A DNA stretch of 64,000 bases from Klebsormidium nitens (taxonomy: Eukaryota; Plantae; Klebsormidiophyceae), in the NCBI GenBank assembly GCA_000708835.1, contig DF236951.1:248101-312100 (forward strand), read 5' to 3'. Shown piece by piece: positions 31,082 through 44,467 of this stretch. Below the pieces are notes generated by a model. It did no database searches, was not told where the DNA came from, and worked only from the letters and a program-made list of their open reading frames with translations. Numbering within the stretch: the first letter of the stretch is position 1; the number at the start of each line of letters is the position of its first letter. Both the position numbers and the translations under genes were made by a program.

Positions 31082-31684
31082 GTCCCCTCAACATCTAAAC
31101 ATTGCACACTCCAGCATCAGAGCGCAGAGACTCAGATGGTGGCAAAATGCGTTGCAAATCAATGACAATGTGGAGCAGTTCTACATTGTCATTAGATCTC
31201 GCGAGCCTCCAATAGACATGTCGCCCCACTCAGAGCCCCCTGAAAGTCCTGTGAGGGGGCATTTTCCGAGCGCGACAAACTTCTTTTGCTGGTTAATTTG
31301 CCCCCCACGTTACTGGAGGGGGGTAGGATGGTCCCGAATCGAGGCATGTGTTTTCAAAGGTCACAAACCTTTCAAGAAGTGCTGCGAAGAAATGACATTG
31401 AATTTGAGGCGCCAGCGGCAGTGGCAGGAGCTGAAGAACATGCAGGTGGTACAAGTGGACAGGCCAGGAAGCATGTGTGCTTAAAGTGTTTCCTGCCGGA
31501 AGGCAGAGTTCTGTAAAGGCTCTAGTTTGGAGAAGGGGGGCGCGTTCTTCGCTTCAGTGGGGCCGCTTGCATCAGGTCGACTGTTTCAAAGAGCAGCGGC
31601 GTTCCTGCATTCTCCGCCACCTGCTAGCCCCCCATAAAACTAGTTGATTACAAATTCTTTTATGGTTTTTGCTAGCTAGTGAGG

Positions 31685-34600
31685 ATGGAAGGCGCCCCAG
31701 TAAGCCCGCCTGCGGCGCCCCGGGTCCTGTTGTCTGGGAGCCCTTTGGGCCGCCTCACCACCCTTTTCAAGCGGGTGGCAGCGGTAAGTCAGAAGATGTG
31801 CGCACATTGCTCGCTTGCCTTCGTTTGTTGAAGCTCGATTCATTCTCTGTGCTGCGGAGGCACCACCATCTGGAAAAGCTGCACATGAATCATTCTTATA
31901 AATCCTTCGATTCTGCTGCCTCGCTCATTGTCCCGCTCTTAAGACGGGCCTAGCACCACCTTTTTGCAGGTGAACAAGTCGAACGGTCCGTTTGACTTGC
32001 TGCTCTGTGTCGGCCAGTTCTTTCCCAGCCAGGGCGGTGACGCCAGCGCTGAGGTGGCAGAATATCTAGGGGGGCGAAAAGTTGTTCCACTGCCTACATA
32101 CTTCATTGGAGATTATGGGTTTGGTTCTGAAATAGTTCAGGCGAAGATGGCGGAGAGCAGCGGAAGCGGCCCAGTCGAGATATGCCCCAACTTGTACTTC
32201 TTGGGCAGGGCTGGCATCGCCGAACTTTCCGGTGAGTAAATGGGTTAGCGCGCTTGTGAAGAGGTGGTCACATGAGCATCAGGGCTTTTCGCTGGGGTAC
32301 CTATCAGTTGCCTGCCTTAATCCTGTTTCATCAAGCCTTTCCTTTGTATCAACTTGTGGTCACAAGGTGTGATTCATTAGATAGATAGCATTAGATAATA
32401 GATTGATATTGTTCCAATGCTGCACCTCTGAATCAGAGCGTTTCAGAGCTTGGGGCGGCAAGACTGGACCTGAAAGGGCGACCATCTGCTGGTGTTCCTC
32501 ATCTCTCAACGCCTAGGAATTTTGGTCGTTGACACGCGCCGTACCCAATCACGAAGCGAAATGCTTCTCAAATCTGATAGTGCACCGATCGGCATCGTTT
32601 TCCATCTCTGTGTTAAAAGATCAAGCGCAGGTGGTTCTCCCATTGATCAAGACCAGCTCGTGTGCGCTCAACCTTTCACCTTCTCAAGCGCGCACTTCCC
32701 GGCCGCGCCTCTCAATATGATCCGTCCCTTTGCGCCTCCCACAACATCTGCAGGTCTCCGAGTAGCCTTTCTCGCTGGAGAGTACGACCCTTTCTCGTAT
32801 CGCGCCGGCGCCGGCTCCGACGCGTCCGTACCCTCCAGTCAGCGGCACCAGGACTTTGAAGCACTTGCAGCGCTGGCGAATGACAATGAACGTCCAGTGG
32901 ACTTTCTGCTGACCAATGAATGGCCCCGGGGGATTCTCGAGGGGGTCGATAAGGCGGAGGCACCGGCGGGGTTGGATCCGGTCGCGGTCGGGAGCCCCGT
33001 TGCGGCGGAACTGGCAAAGGACTTGAAACCGCGGTAAGTGGTTTCCTTGTTTGAATTGTTCTGTTGCCCTCACAATCTGGTTCTTCAGGATTGCGGACCT
33101 GGAATGTCGCATGGATTGTCTGGCTTGAAAGATCTTCTGTCAGGCTTTTACAACTTCTGGGCCGTCCAGATAGGGCCTGAAGCTTACCGGAAAGGAGTCT
33201 GCAATAAGTCTGGAGGCTCGTCGTCAATCCGACTTGTGCGCTTCTTTGCTTGTCTTGTTTAAGAAATATTTGGATGAAGCGGCTTGAGGTTGGCTTATGC
33301 TCAATCGGTTTCGACCGGGAAGAGAGGGCTAGTCATATTCGATGGTTGGTCGTTGGGCTTTATTGTGATTCCTCAATCATGTCAATTGACAAGCTCTTGA
33401 TGGTATGAAACAGCTGCAACTTCAGAGGAGCACACGTCAGCAGGCGTCTTGGGAACGGGTCTCCTTGGGAACGGGTCTCTGTCTGTTCGCTCTGCTTGTA
33501 GAGAATGCAATCCAGTACTATCGCTGCATTCTGACGTCAGCTTTTCACCCATTCATGATGACCCTCTATCGGATGCGGATACACTCGGAGTTTTGAAACA
33601 GTCTTTGTTAGGATGTCAAGTTCGTGCAGAAATCGACCGGAAAAAAGATTCTTCAGATTAGGCTCCAGAAGCCGCTTTTGTGATTCAACTGCTTTTTCCC
33701 TCCGACTGACGCACACACCGTGTCCTCTGTAGGTATCATATTGCCGGCACTGAGGATGTGTTCTTCGCTCGAGCGCCGTACCGAAACCGGGGCCCTTCGC
33801 AACACGTGTCTCGCTTCATCGGGCTCGCACGAGTTGGAAACGACAAGAAACAGGCAAGCCCGTGTCACGGCATTCCATTTATGGTCTGCAAACGAAGACG
33901 GCAGGCATTCCTTGGTTTCCAGATCTGGCCTGCTTCACTTATCGGAAACTCAGCCGTGTGGAAGGGGCACGGTTGACATGTGCTTGCCAATTCCTGCCAA
34001 TAACCTCCGACGTCATGGTCGAATCTGGTCCTTCTTTGACCATTGGGAATCTCATCTTGCCAAGTCTGTTTTTACAAGAGCCTCGTTACCAGACTGTGCC
34101 GCTTTGTTCAAGGATCTCGGGACCCTGATCCGACGTTGCTTTCGAAAAGCGATTTCCCTCCTCTGCGACTTCTGTTGCGCATGCCTCCAGTTCATAAGGC
34201 CACGTAGCCCTCCAACGTTCAAAACCCATCTGATCCGCCTACTCTCGAAACGAGCATCTTATTTTTTGACGACTCCCGCTTCTTCCTCCATCATCGCGCA
34301 GAAATACCTGCACGCCCTCAACCCCACCCCCTCGTCGCAACTCTCCCCCGCGGATCTAGCGGCCGCCCCCCCGAACACGACGCCGTCTCCTTACGAGCCC
34401 CAACCCTCCACGAGCCAACCCGCCGCCCAGAACTCTAAACCCCCGGTTCCGGGGTCTGTGTTAAGCACGGGAGAACCCGAGGGGGGGCAGTATTGGCGGT
34501 GGCAAGAGCAGCCCAATAAGCGGCAGCGCACCGACGGGGGGGACAAGGTCTGCTTTGATTTTCAAAAGGGGCGCTGCGAGAGGGGGGACAAGTGCAGGCA

Positions 34601-37600
34601 AGTGGGCTTGGTTATTTTCCAATCCAGTGTTCATTTCTGCCAAGAAGAATACGGGTCGCTGTGCACGACGTACTCAAATCTTGTGAATCATCCGAGGAGG
34701 GAGAAGTGTAGGCTGATGGTTTCTGGTAATAGGATGTTTTAGCATCTACGACCGCTTGTTTGCTGTGCCTGACGGGGCCGCCCAACAGAAAACCAGTAGT
34801 CTCATCCAAGGATGCTACCGAATTGTTGTCGCTTTCCTCCCGTGGTCGGCGATTTGGCTTCTGTTCAAGAATCTTCCGTTGCTGCCTGGTGCCTTCCTTT
34901 GCCGTCAAAAAAGTTGGTCAGCTTAGCAGGTTTGAAGACAAGGTCGCCTAGGCCCTGACTGCGGGACAAGAGTCCCGCCTCGCGTCGGAATTGTCGAGAC
35001 CGCTTTACATCGACATCGTCCCCTCAGGAGCTCGTAGGTGACTAATTCGTTGTTGCCACCTAACAGCGGTGAAAATTCGGTCCGCGTTCCTTAGCGGGCT
35101 GATTCTTCGTTGCACAGCCCTCTATCCAAGTAGAATTCAAGCTTTTCCTCGCCTACTTTGCAAGGCCCTAGGTATTGAACACCTTCTTGCCACTGCGAGC
35201 ATCAAGTCCTCATTTCGCCTTTTTGCAAAGCCTTCGGACCAAGCGACCTCTTGCCGCCCTAGCTGCTTAAGGTCTCACTTCAAACCTGTGCCTATTGCTC
35301 AGGTATCGACACGACCTGTCTGGTGCGGGCCCGACAGGCAGGGGTTCTGAAAGCGGGGGTCCAAGCAAGGGCCCGCCCGGCCCTCCCGCCCCGTGTTGGT
35401 TCTGCTTGTCCTCGCCGGACGTGGAGACGCATCTCGTCATCAGCATAGCGGAGCACTCATATGTCGCACTAGCAAAAGTACGTCTTGGGAGGTTTCTCTG
35501 CGACCAGTTTTCCAGAGTGCTCGAATTGTTCCTTGCGTTTCCGGGATCAGTATCTGCTGATGCGAAGCCGATCTACGTGAAAGATCTGGCGAGGCACGTT
35601 ACCCAGGCTTCATAGCCCTTTCTCATGGATGGATTTGGTTGCTTGTCCCAACGTCTTTCTTCTCTGATCCACAGAGCTCTTACAAAGATTGCAGGCCGGA
35701 CTACGGCAGCAATCATGCTCTCTTCGTTTCCTTGCGGTCCTTATTTCTACAAAATTCGAGCAAAAAGAAAAAAGCACCGGACAAAAGCCAGAGAATGCAG
35801 CGGCAGATTCTGCACCAAAAGCTGCTCCTCAGAACTCCACCTTGCATCCAAAGGCTCCCTTCTACGCTCTGACGACTCGCTACTCCGGCCTCTAACAGGG
35901 CCCCCTCATACCCGGCCACGTGCTCGTCCTCCCCATCGAGCACCACCCGTCGCTGGCGGCGCTTCCGCCGGACGTCTACGCCGAGATGATGCGCTACAAG
36001 GACGCGCTGCAAAAGTGCTTCGCCGCGCAGAACCGGGCGTCCATCTGCTTCGAGCGCTACCTCCAGCTGCGCGCGGGCACGCATGCGCACCTGCAGGTAC
36101 GGCCGGAGTGCGTCTGTATTGCGCCTGGAATTTGTCGGTGTTTCCCACCTTTCGATTCCCACCTTTTGGGTGTTTTTTTCTTCTCTTGCGACGGCTCCCT
36201 CGAAACGGATGCTAGCACGGGATTCGCAGTTACACATAGGGTTTGACAGAAGGTTTACCTCTGGGATAAAGTAGCGTATGTAGCTGATACAGGGAGCCCT
36301 GTCTTTTGTCTCTGGAAAAGTTCGACGCTGTGAGTTTTTCCCAAAGGACCGCAGATTGATGTCGCCTGGTTTCAAACCTTGCTTGGAGTCCATGACACCA
36401 CCGACGAGCTTCCGCTCATGAAATCACAACTTCTCTAGTCTCCGCCGAAACTTTTACACGAGAATCCGGCGGCCAGTTTGTTGACAAGCATACGAACATG
36501 ATTATGCTGGCACGACTCGTTGCAACCTTCGGAGCACTTGTAGACCATAGACCTGTCACGAATGTCCCGCAGATTTTGCAGATCAAGGGGTCTCGCCCGT
36601 TAATCAGCGTTTCTTGAGAGGCCCTGCTGGCGCTTCGACAGGTTTCCTGACGGCCTGCGAACCAGCACGAGTTTGCCCCGCCTGGATTCTTCGACAACCA
36701 ATTGAGTTCACTCCGTCTGTCTTTTCTGAAAAGAAACGTGGGAGATGCTTTCTGCCCGTACCCTGACGGTCTCTCTTTCCCCGCGCAGGTGTGCCCCATC
36801 TCTCGAAGCGCCGCGGACAAGGCCCGCTTGCACTACGAGTCCGCTGCCGAGAAGAACGGGTTCCGGCTGGTTCCGGTTCCGGCCGAGGAGGGCGCGAACG
36901 GGGCGGAACAGCTGCGGAACGCTGTGGGCGGGCCGGGCAACTACTTCATGGTGGAGCTGCCGGACGAGACTCGGCTCCTGCACGCCATCAAGCCCGGGGA
37001 GAAGCTCCCCATGCAGTTTGGACGTGAGGTACGACGGGCAAAAGTGCCCGGGGAATATCCCCTTTGGAGACACAAGGTTTGAGTTTCTGGTTTAGTGATA
37101 GTAAGCTTACCAGCCTGGAACGGGTGAGGTTATTTCGGCGGTTTAGGTTGGAATAGGTGCGGCGCAGGTGATCTTGTGGGTTAAGTCTTAGTGTTCGTGT
37201 AGGAGCTTTCTATTCCCGGTTTGGAGAGACATACAAAGGCGGGGGCCACAGGCGCCTCTCGTTCAAGGATTCGGCAGGAAGAGCCGGGGCAAATCCAATA
37301 CCTGTTATTCGTCATTCTGGGTGTTCACTGTGTGTGGGATCGTCGTGGGTCGTCGCGGTGTTCTCTTCTGAGCATGTTCTACTGTAATGTCGGCTCACTC
37401 TTGAAGCGAAAGGCTCGCAAGCGTTGCATTGCCAATTCTGGTCTGCGTGGGCTCACCGCGTACTTAGAGTAAACGGTTGTGGGAATGATTGTGTCGGATA
37501 TTCTTTCACAGATGGGAATGTTACGTCACGCTTTGTGTACCCTGATGTTTTATCTGGAAGCTGGTCGGGAGTGGCATCTTAACATGATTGTCCTGTCTCG

Positions 37601-37761
37601 AACGTCCTGTCCTATGCGCTCCTCTGCAGGTTTTGGCTGACTTGCGGGGCACGCCTGAGAGGGCCGATTGGCGCGCATGCAAGCTGACCACCGAAGAGGA
37701 GACCGAGATGGCTGACGCGTTCAAAGAAATGTTCAAACCCTTCGACATCATGGAGACGTGA
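31685..37761 (+). CDS. CWF19L1: CWF19-like protein 1 (Drn1-like): metallophosphoesterase-like N-terminus, CCCH zinc finger, CwfJ C-terminal domains, 600 aa
   Basis: Exons 31685-31783, 31970-32231, 32754-33033, 33733-33853, 34302-34597, 35303-35477, 35899-36096, 36789-37028, 37630-37761 (1803 nt). [88 protein letters not shown]. Introns 4 and 5 need GC donors. Confidence 0.93.
33854..34301 (+). other. GC-AG intron (CWF19L1 intron 4)
   Basis: Donor CAG|gcaagc and acceptor gcgcag|AAA give GNDKKQ|KYLHAL, matching the conserved family sequence as I recall it. Confidence 0.8.
34598..35302 (+). other. GC-AG intron (CWF19L1 intron 5)
   Basis: Donor AG|gcaagt and acceptor gctcag|G give CR|YRH, completing the CCCH finger. 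Confidence 0.85.
37095..37207 (+). repeat. Dispersed G-rich ~100-bp repeat, copy A (CWF19L1 intron 8)
   Basis: ggaacgggtgaggtt...tttaggttggaataggtgcggcgcaggtgatcttgtgggttaagtcttagtgttcgtgtaggagct aligns by eye with copy C at 40693-40828. Confidence 0.6.
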
Positions 37762-39090
37762 CTTCCGATTGCGGCCCTTCTAGAAATTCGGTCTGAGAGC
37801 TTGGCTAACGTTGACCTCAGCATCGATGCTAATTGGCTAGTCGTGATTGGTTGCGACGCCAGAGCAGAAAAACTACAAACATCTGTGATGGTAGAGCGTT
37901 GACCCGCTATGAAGGGCTCGGAATGGAAGTATCATTCGAGGACATGCGGAATTACGATGCTTCGGCCCAAACACGAACATCGATGCGGGGGCGTGATCCC
38001 TCACCGTCATGATTACATGATTATTTATTGTCTGCGTTCAAGCTTCGCTAATACGTACCGTCCAACCAATTTGATGCACGTGAGGTTTTGCCTATAATGG
38101 ATGCATGATCAGTTGGCCGGGCTTGCATCGACCGGATGCAGCTAGACGTATACGCAGCCTTAGTATATGTGTGAGTCATTGGCATGCAGGAAAGTTTTTG
38201 GTTTGTGTAATCCTTGAGCTTCCGGCCCGGAGCTTGTGGATGAGGCATGGGCCGGCTCTAGCATGATTGATTTGAAATCTAGCGCATGCATCGTTGAAAA
38301 GAATTCATCGTTGCATGCAATTGCTCAGTGAACCTATGACCAGCCTCGTCAAAGTTCGCGCACATAGGTATATAACCTCGGTCAAGACCGTCGGTACGAA
38401 GACTTTCGATCGGGTCATGACCACCACAATGGCCGTATACCCATGTCGGGCCGCCGAGCGTGTATAGTCACGTAACGCATGACAGCTGCCTATACCGCAG
38501 CTTGCGAACGGTGCGCATATAGCTGAAGCTAACAACTTACATGCAGTATTTACATTACAGGCAGGGGTTATATTTTAAATCGGGCCATCAAGACGGTAAT
38601 GATTGCAAGAGTTCCCCGATATACCTTGACAAAAATGCAACGCTTCCTGGAGCATGTACAGCTCTTCGAGCTAAGGAGTTAAACGTCTAGTGGCAAATTT
38701 AGAAACAAAAATATATAGATTGCACTAATCCATGCTTCAGGTCTGAATTAACAATGGCCCGAGTATACCTCGACCGCACTGATCCTCCACTCGCATGAAG
38801 AGCACAGGTGGACTACGCTCTTGCGGGTCCTTCTCAAAAAGGATCACCATCTTCCAGAGCACTTCAACGAACGGCATCCACTCCGGCCAATATGTAAAGA
38901 ACGGGTTTGACATTCTGCGTGATGAGCTAACGCGGTGGACGAGAATCAAGTCCACGAAGCTCCGAAAAATCGTACGGAGCGAAGAGTAGGAACTTTGGTC
39001 ACTTTACTAGCTTGCTAACGCGTGCCTGTATCGAAAGCAAGTATTCTACGATCTAGGGTCAAAATTGGAGGGTGTTGCACTGAGAAGGCG

Positions 39091-42000
39091 TCACCGCGTT
39101 TGCGGATACTGCAGATTCCGCACGAGGTCCTCTATCAGGGACCCATTTGCAGCAGCCACCCGCCTTGACATCACGTCGAAAGCCCCTCCACTCCTGCGGA
39201 ACACATGAACCATCGTTCAGGTCTCCATGCTCGCCTCCAGTCGGTTGCGTAGAGAATGATACTAGGACTTAGCGGGGTTTCGAGAGCAGAACTATCGATC
39301 AGACCCGCACCAAGTGCCGCAGGATCACCGTCCCCACGGCGGGTTAACCATAGCTTGATCACGAAGTATGCGTGCATACTTAGTAAGCGACTCTGTTTCC
39401 TTTCCGGACGTTAATGTAAAAGTCGCTTTATGGCAGAGCAATGCTCTATTAGCCACACCCTCTGCCAGACGAAGGCGCTTGAAACGCGGAGAGCAGAGAA
39501 GTCTGTAAGAATCAAACGGCAGCAATCAAACGCAAAATGCAGTGAAAGTATCTGCTTTTACCTAGACAAAGCTTGAATTTCATACTTGTATTCACTAATT
39601 GGTTCAAACGCAGTCAGAAGATGGCTGGGAGGCGCAAGAGGGGACTAGAAGCAGTGCCCCGGCCTTGCGATTCGCGAGCAAGTGCAAGGAGCGAAGATGA
39701 TTACTTACGGGTCAGCCACCCGACCTCCCGCCTCCTCAACCAAGAGTGACCCAGCTGCCACGTCCCTGTAGGCAGAAAAGAGAGCCCTAGGCCAAAAGTA
39801 GTCTCGATCTTATGTTGAGTTACGGCTATGTTGAGTTGAATCATGCCCAGGGAAAGGGTGGGATTGGTCTGGGGGTTTGAGGTGGGTACGGGTATGGAGC
39901 AATTTAGTAACTTCGAATCTAGGTTTTTATTTTGTTTGAGCCCGTGGGATCCGATCTAACTCAACATACACCTTATATTAAGCCAAGTTGCTGTTTATTT
40001 GGAAGACAGAAACTGCTCGGGGATGGAAAAGCTGTTTCGAGCCGTGTGGCACCGTAGTGCGTGCATGCACTGGGCCGGCTAACGCGAAATCATCTCACAC
40101 AGTCCCGATCAATACGATATAGAACCTTCTCGAGAGTCCAGGAGACCTGTCTCCTCTTTGATCGCTGTGTTTCCAAACCCTTCTGCAGGTTCCATGAATG
40201 CCTCTACAGCTTAAAGAATATACTGTTCTGACGAACTGTCACCAACATTCCCCTTCTTAAACGCGGCGCCTTCAATCCAGCGCCTCGATTTCCCGCCAAC
40301 GTAAATTCCGTCAAAAGTAACAAAGACTGGTAAGCTTACCAGGGCCCGCCGAAGTTGTATTCGTAGAAGAGGTCCAGCCGTCCGCACGCGATGCCGGCCA
40401 GGTTGAGGGCGCACGAGCCGGAACACCGCAGCGACCGGACCTGCAAAGACGTACAAAAGTACGCTGCTTCAAAGCAAGTACGCCTTTCTCTTGGAACAAA
40501 GCTCGTGCTTGAAGGACGAGAACAAGAGCTTCTTGCGATCGGCGGGGGAGCCGGCACTGGACGGCTGCCTCTTCAGATAATTGTAGAAAGCGCTTCGGAA
40601 CGTTTTGACTATTCCGATTTGTCTTGTGATGCCCGGCACCGCGTCATGCACCGTGGGAAGGCCTTAAATCAAACTCAAGAAAAATAATTGCAAGCCGAGA
40701 TAATAATAAGGTAACCGCACTGGGGCGGGTAGGGTTAGGTTGGTGGCTAGGGTGGGTACAGGTGCGGAGCGGGTGTCTTTTTGGGTTAGGGTTTATAGTG
40801 TTAGTCGGAGCTAAATATTATCTTGGCTCACGAATATCTTCTTGAGTTTGATAGGCATTAACGCTGAGGATTGCAGTCTAAGTGAAAGCGCTTGTGACTG
40901 GCAATAAGTGAGTGTTGTGATGAGAATCTCGTCCTTGGAACAAGAGTTGAGGCTCAAACTTCGACACGCCACTGCAAGTAAGAGTTAAGCTTGCACGGCA
41001 GCAAATCAGCAAGCTGACTACGAAGGGCCTTTGGCCGCATGTAAACAATGGGGGCGGTTGAAACGTGAAGCCTCCCACCTTACTTTAGTGAGGAAGGACT
41101 ACGAAGGCCTCTCACGCAGATCTTTAAGCGGACTCACAAAAGCGCTCGGTCGAGTTTGCGCTCACGAGAAGTCCTCACAAGCGAACCTCTGCGACTATTC
41201 GACTGGATTGAGTAGTCGGAATCGCTAGTCCGATGCCTACGACCGAAATCACATCTGAACACCACAAGCAAGACTAAATACTCTCAAGCGCCGAGCAACG
41301 ACCCCCCTGTCTCTTTGGCTGTTCGTCTGCGAAAAAGTCGCTCAAGTGGACCGCTCAGCCCCAGAGCTGTACTCAAACGTGTAGACGGTGATCGATGAGA
41401 ACTGAAGGAAGCTTCGGCTTGTCGAAAAAGTCGGCTGACCTTGTAAAGTAGCTGGTTTATCCGCCCGGTGGTTGCGTCCACAGTCTCCTTATCCCGTGCA
41501 GTGCCCACCTCCGTGGCCAGAAGCGCATTGCCAATGTCCGTCGTTTGCGTCACTGCAAGCAGTTCGGGTACGACTTCTCAGAGCAGAACGACGTGTCTCG
41601 AAGACGTTCTCAATCACCCCGTACCTGGCGTCTGCGCCTGGAACATCGTTTCATCATTCTATTCGTAGGTGAAGCACCGAAACTTTGTGATGCGGCTAGC
41701 TCAACGGAGCAAGGGGGAAGAACAGAGCGATCGGGAGCCCAGAAAGAGAGCCTTCGTGGTGCCGCTTCAAGCGCAACTCCCCTGAAAGAACATACGCAAG
41801 ACCGTCACTCTGCCAAATTTCAAAATACGATTCGTCATGATGGAAACACCAGTGGAACAATGTCAAGTTGCACAACCAGAACGTAGTTAGATCCCTCGTA
41901 CGAAGACGAACGTCCGAGACTCTCAGAAGAGAGACACCACGTGCTTCCGAGCATTGCCTCGATACGAAACGTGCGTCGATCTGAACCGCCTCACCGTGAA

Positions 42001-44206
42001 TCTGGTTGTCATTCAGAAACGCGCCGCTGCCTCTGACTGCTGTATACAGCTGCAGGACGAGGCGTGCTCATGAACTGACTCGGTTGATTCCCATACACCA
42101 CAACAAACGCTGCTCCTTTGTAGAGAAGCAACAGAAAGGCGAATGTACAACAACTTTGCAGCGAAAACAAGGAGAAGCTGCTCCAAGGGGTTTGCAACAC
42201 CAAGAGTGGCTTGCAGATGTTGGCTGGCAAACACGTACCTCATTTAAGATGGGGTTGTAGACCACACCAACTACCACCTCTTTTTGAATTGTTAACCCGA
42301 TGGATACACAGACGAATGGGAACCTGCAAGACCAAGGCGCATCCTTGATTTGAAGCAGACAACTAGCGAGACGTAGTGTGAAAGCGCCCGTCACCGAAAG
42401 TACCACTCAGACGCCTTGGACTTTCTCTCAGAAGTTTCTCAAGATTCTACATGCGGAAGAGTCTACAACCTCAAGAAGACGGAACATTCAAGGGCAGCTA
42501 TCGGGGCTGGATAGACTTTTCCTGGCACTTGCGTATACTCAACGTCGCGTACGGCTACCATTCGCAGCTTCTTTCAAGTACGACGCGTACTAAACCTTCC
42601 GTGAAGAACAGTAAACACTAAATTGGTCGTTGTCCAGTTCGAGATGGTTCATCAACAGCTTGGGGGCCTACCTATGCACGAAGTTGGTCGTCCCGTCCAG
42701 TGGGTCAACCATCCATGTTGGCTCGTCGGTCAGATCCGCGGTCCCCGACAGTGCGGACCCCTCCTCCCCTATAAACTGCAAAGTGCAGCATCTTCTATCT
42801 TAATTTCCGCACGGACAGAAGTGCCCTTTATAGGAAGTGCCTCTCGACAGTTGACCAGATCCGAAGCAGAGGGAAAAACAACTCACTCGAAGCAATGCCG
42901 TGCAGGTCGGTTCTTTCTAATTCTTCCACTGGGAACAACGCACGCATGGTGGGATACAGAGCACTTGTTACAGGTAAGAATCAGCTTGCGCTAGGCGTTC
43001 TTTGCAATCAAAGTAGGAGGATCCATGCGCGTCTGCCACCTACCTTGTGGGAGGGGAAGTTCTTTTGGATGGCCTTGAAGATGAGGTCCTCACAGGCTTT
43101 GTCGGTCTCCGTGACGAGATCGACCTGAAAGAGATACATTTTATGTGAGAGTGTGCTCTGCGACACTTTCCTCCTCAAAACACTGAATTTGTATATAGGC
43201 GCTGAGTGCTGGAGAATGGTCGATTTATTGGAGGATTGACTCCCGGTGCTCAGATTCTCCAAAAAGTGGGCACCTTAACGCCAAACAGCGGTTGGTCACT
43301 GATCTCCCAGGCAAGAGGGTCGTGATAGTCATTTTGGAAATTGACGCCAGGATCTCCCTCCGAAGATTCGATTCACGGTCCTTTCAAAATGCCTTCCGTG
43401 ATCAGTCTACTGTTGTGGAATGGAATGATTGTCGGGTGGGCTATTTATTCTCCTCAAGGATAGCTAGTTATGAAACGGGGGAGGCTTGATGGTGGTGCGA
43501 AATGGGGCTCGTACCTTTCCCTTGTGCTGGACATTCTTCGTCTCATAGAAGGACTTCTGGATCACCTGCACATGCCAAGGCCGGTAGTCTGAGGTCCCCC
43601 AACTCTAGAAGCACCAGATTGCACTCTCATGCTCTCTTAACATACCGTTTTTCCATTGAAGTGCTCAAACAGAAGAAGGACTCAAGGCCAGATCTACAGA
43701 AAGGCTCGGCATGTACCCGCACCACTAAAACTGTGCATTGCAGCCGCCATGCTACAAAACATGCTTCACAGCCCTGACGCTCACAGCATTTTCACCTTGT
43801 TCCGTCTTAGACCTCTTTGTGTATGAGCAGATCCTCTTGCCACCATCAGTGGAAACTGGTCAGGCAACCGGACCCTCGATGAAAGATCTTTGCTTGTCAC
43901 TCACCTCACCCGCTTGCTTAGCAGCTGCGACAGCGACCTCCAAACAAGCTTTCAGATCTGGAGGTTGTGGAAGCGTGAGCTTGATTGTGAATTGAAGAAA
44001 GATACCTTAGCTTTGGGAATTCAGGCAGCATTGTTGGAATGAATCAAAAAACATTTTCGAAATGACCAAATGTGGCAGGTTAGGTGCACCATACCACCCA
44101 AGATGACATGGCATGCTTAAATGCGAGCTGGCATGATCCTGCATGTTCAATGTAGAAGAAAGATCTGGCTTGTGCAAAACTTACCTGTGTCCCCTGCCGA
44201 CGCCAT
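39091..44206 (-). CDS. VTC4: Inositol monophosphatase (IMP / L-galactose-1-phosphate phosphatase VTC4-like), 274 aa
   Basis: Eleven exons: 44206-44185, 43957-43905, 43565-43515, 43124-43044, 42775-42672, 42323-42239, 42049-41995, 41552-41440, 40440-40340, 39765-39709, 39193-39091 (825 nt). [33 protein letters not shown]...GRLD, WDVAAG. Confidence 0.96.
39827..39968. mobile_element. MITE-like element with ~16-bp TIRs and TA at both ends (repeat family copy B)
   Basis: Left tatgttgagttgaatc, right gatctaactcaacata (reverse complement tatgttgagttagatc). Internal gaggtgggtacggg core is shared with the G-rich family. An extra tatgttgagtt copy lies at 39811. Confidence 0.55.
40693..40828 (+). mobile_element. 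G-rich telomere-like short element, copy C, with 13-bp inverted ends
   Basis: agccgagataata...tattatcttggct inverted ends (1 mismatch). Internal ggggcgggtagggttagg...tagggtgggtacaggtgcggagcg...gggttagggttt. Confidence 0.6.
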
Positions 44207-44467
44207 GACACAGCTAGCTTGGCAAAACTTGAAGCTTGCCCTTCAAATTATTGCAGCTCTGAAAGCTTTTGAAACGCCTGCAGGAGTGAGCATCCCAAGC
44301 AGGATTTACTGGTCATGTGTGAAAAAGTTCATGGCACCGGATTCATGGCACCGGATTGAGAGCATGCACAATGCGGCTCTCACATGTCCTCCGGCCTCGG
44401 GCCATTCATTCATGCTTCTCGGTTTCACGTTGACTATTTCAGGCTGGCACAAACAAACCTATGTAGA

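Noticed and set aside
30951-31484. 177-aa plus-strand ORF
   Set aside because: Antisense to UXT exon 1 and the UXT/CWF19L1 promoter; no family motifs.
33720-34742. 340-aa ORF in the track that could be read as a separate gene
   Set aside because: It is CWF19L1 exon 5 plus flanking intron sequence that happens to be open in that frame.
38737-38989. Short overlapping ORFs downstream of the IMP stop
   Set aside because: Probably IMP 3' UTR; under 75 aa, with no motif or splice support.
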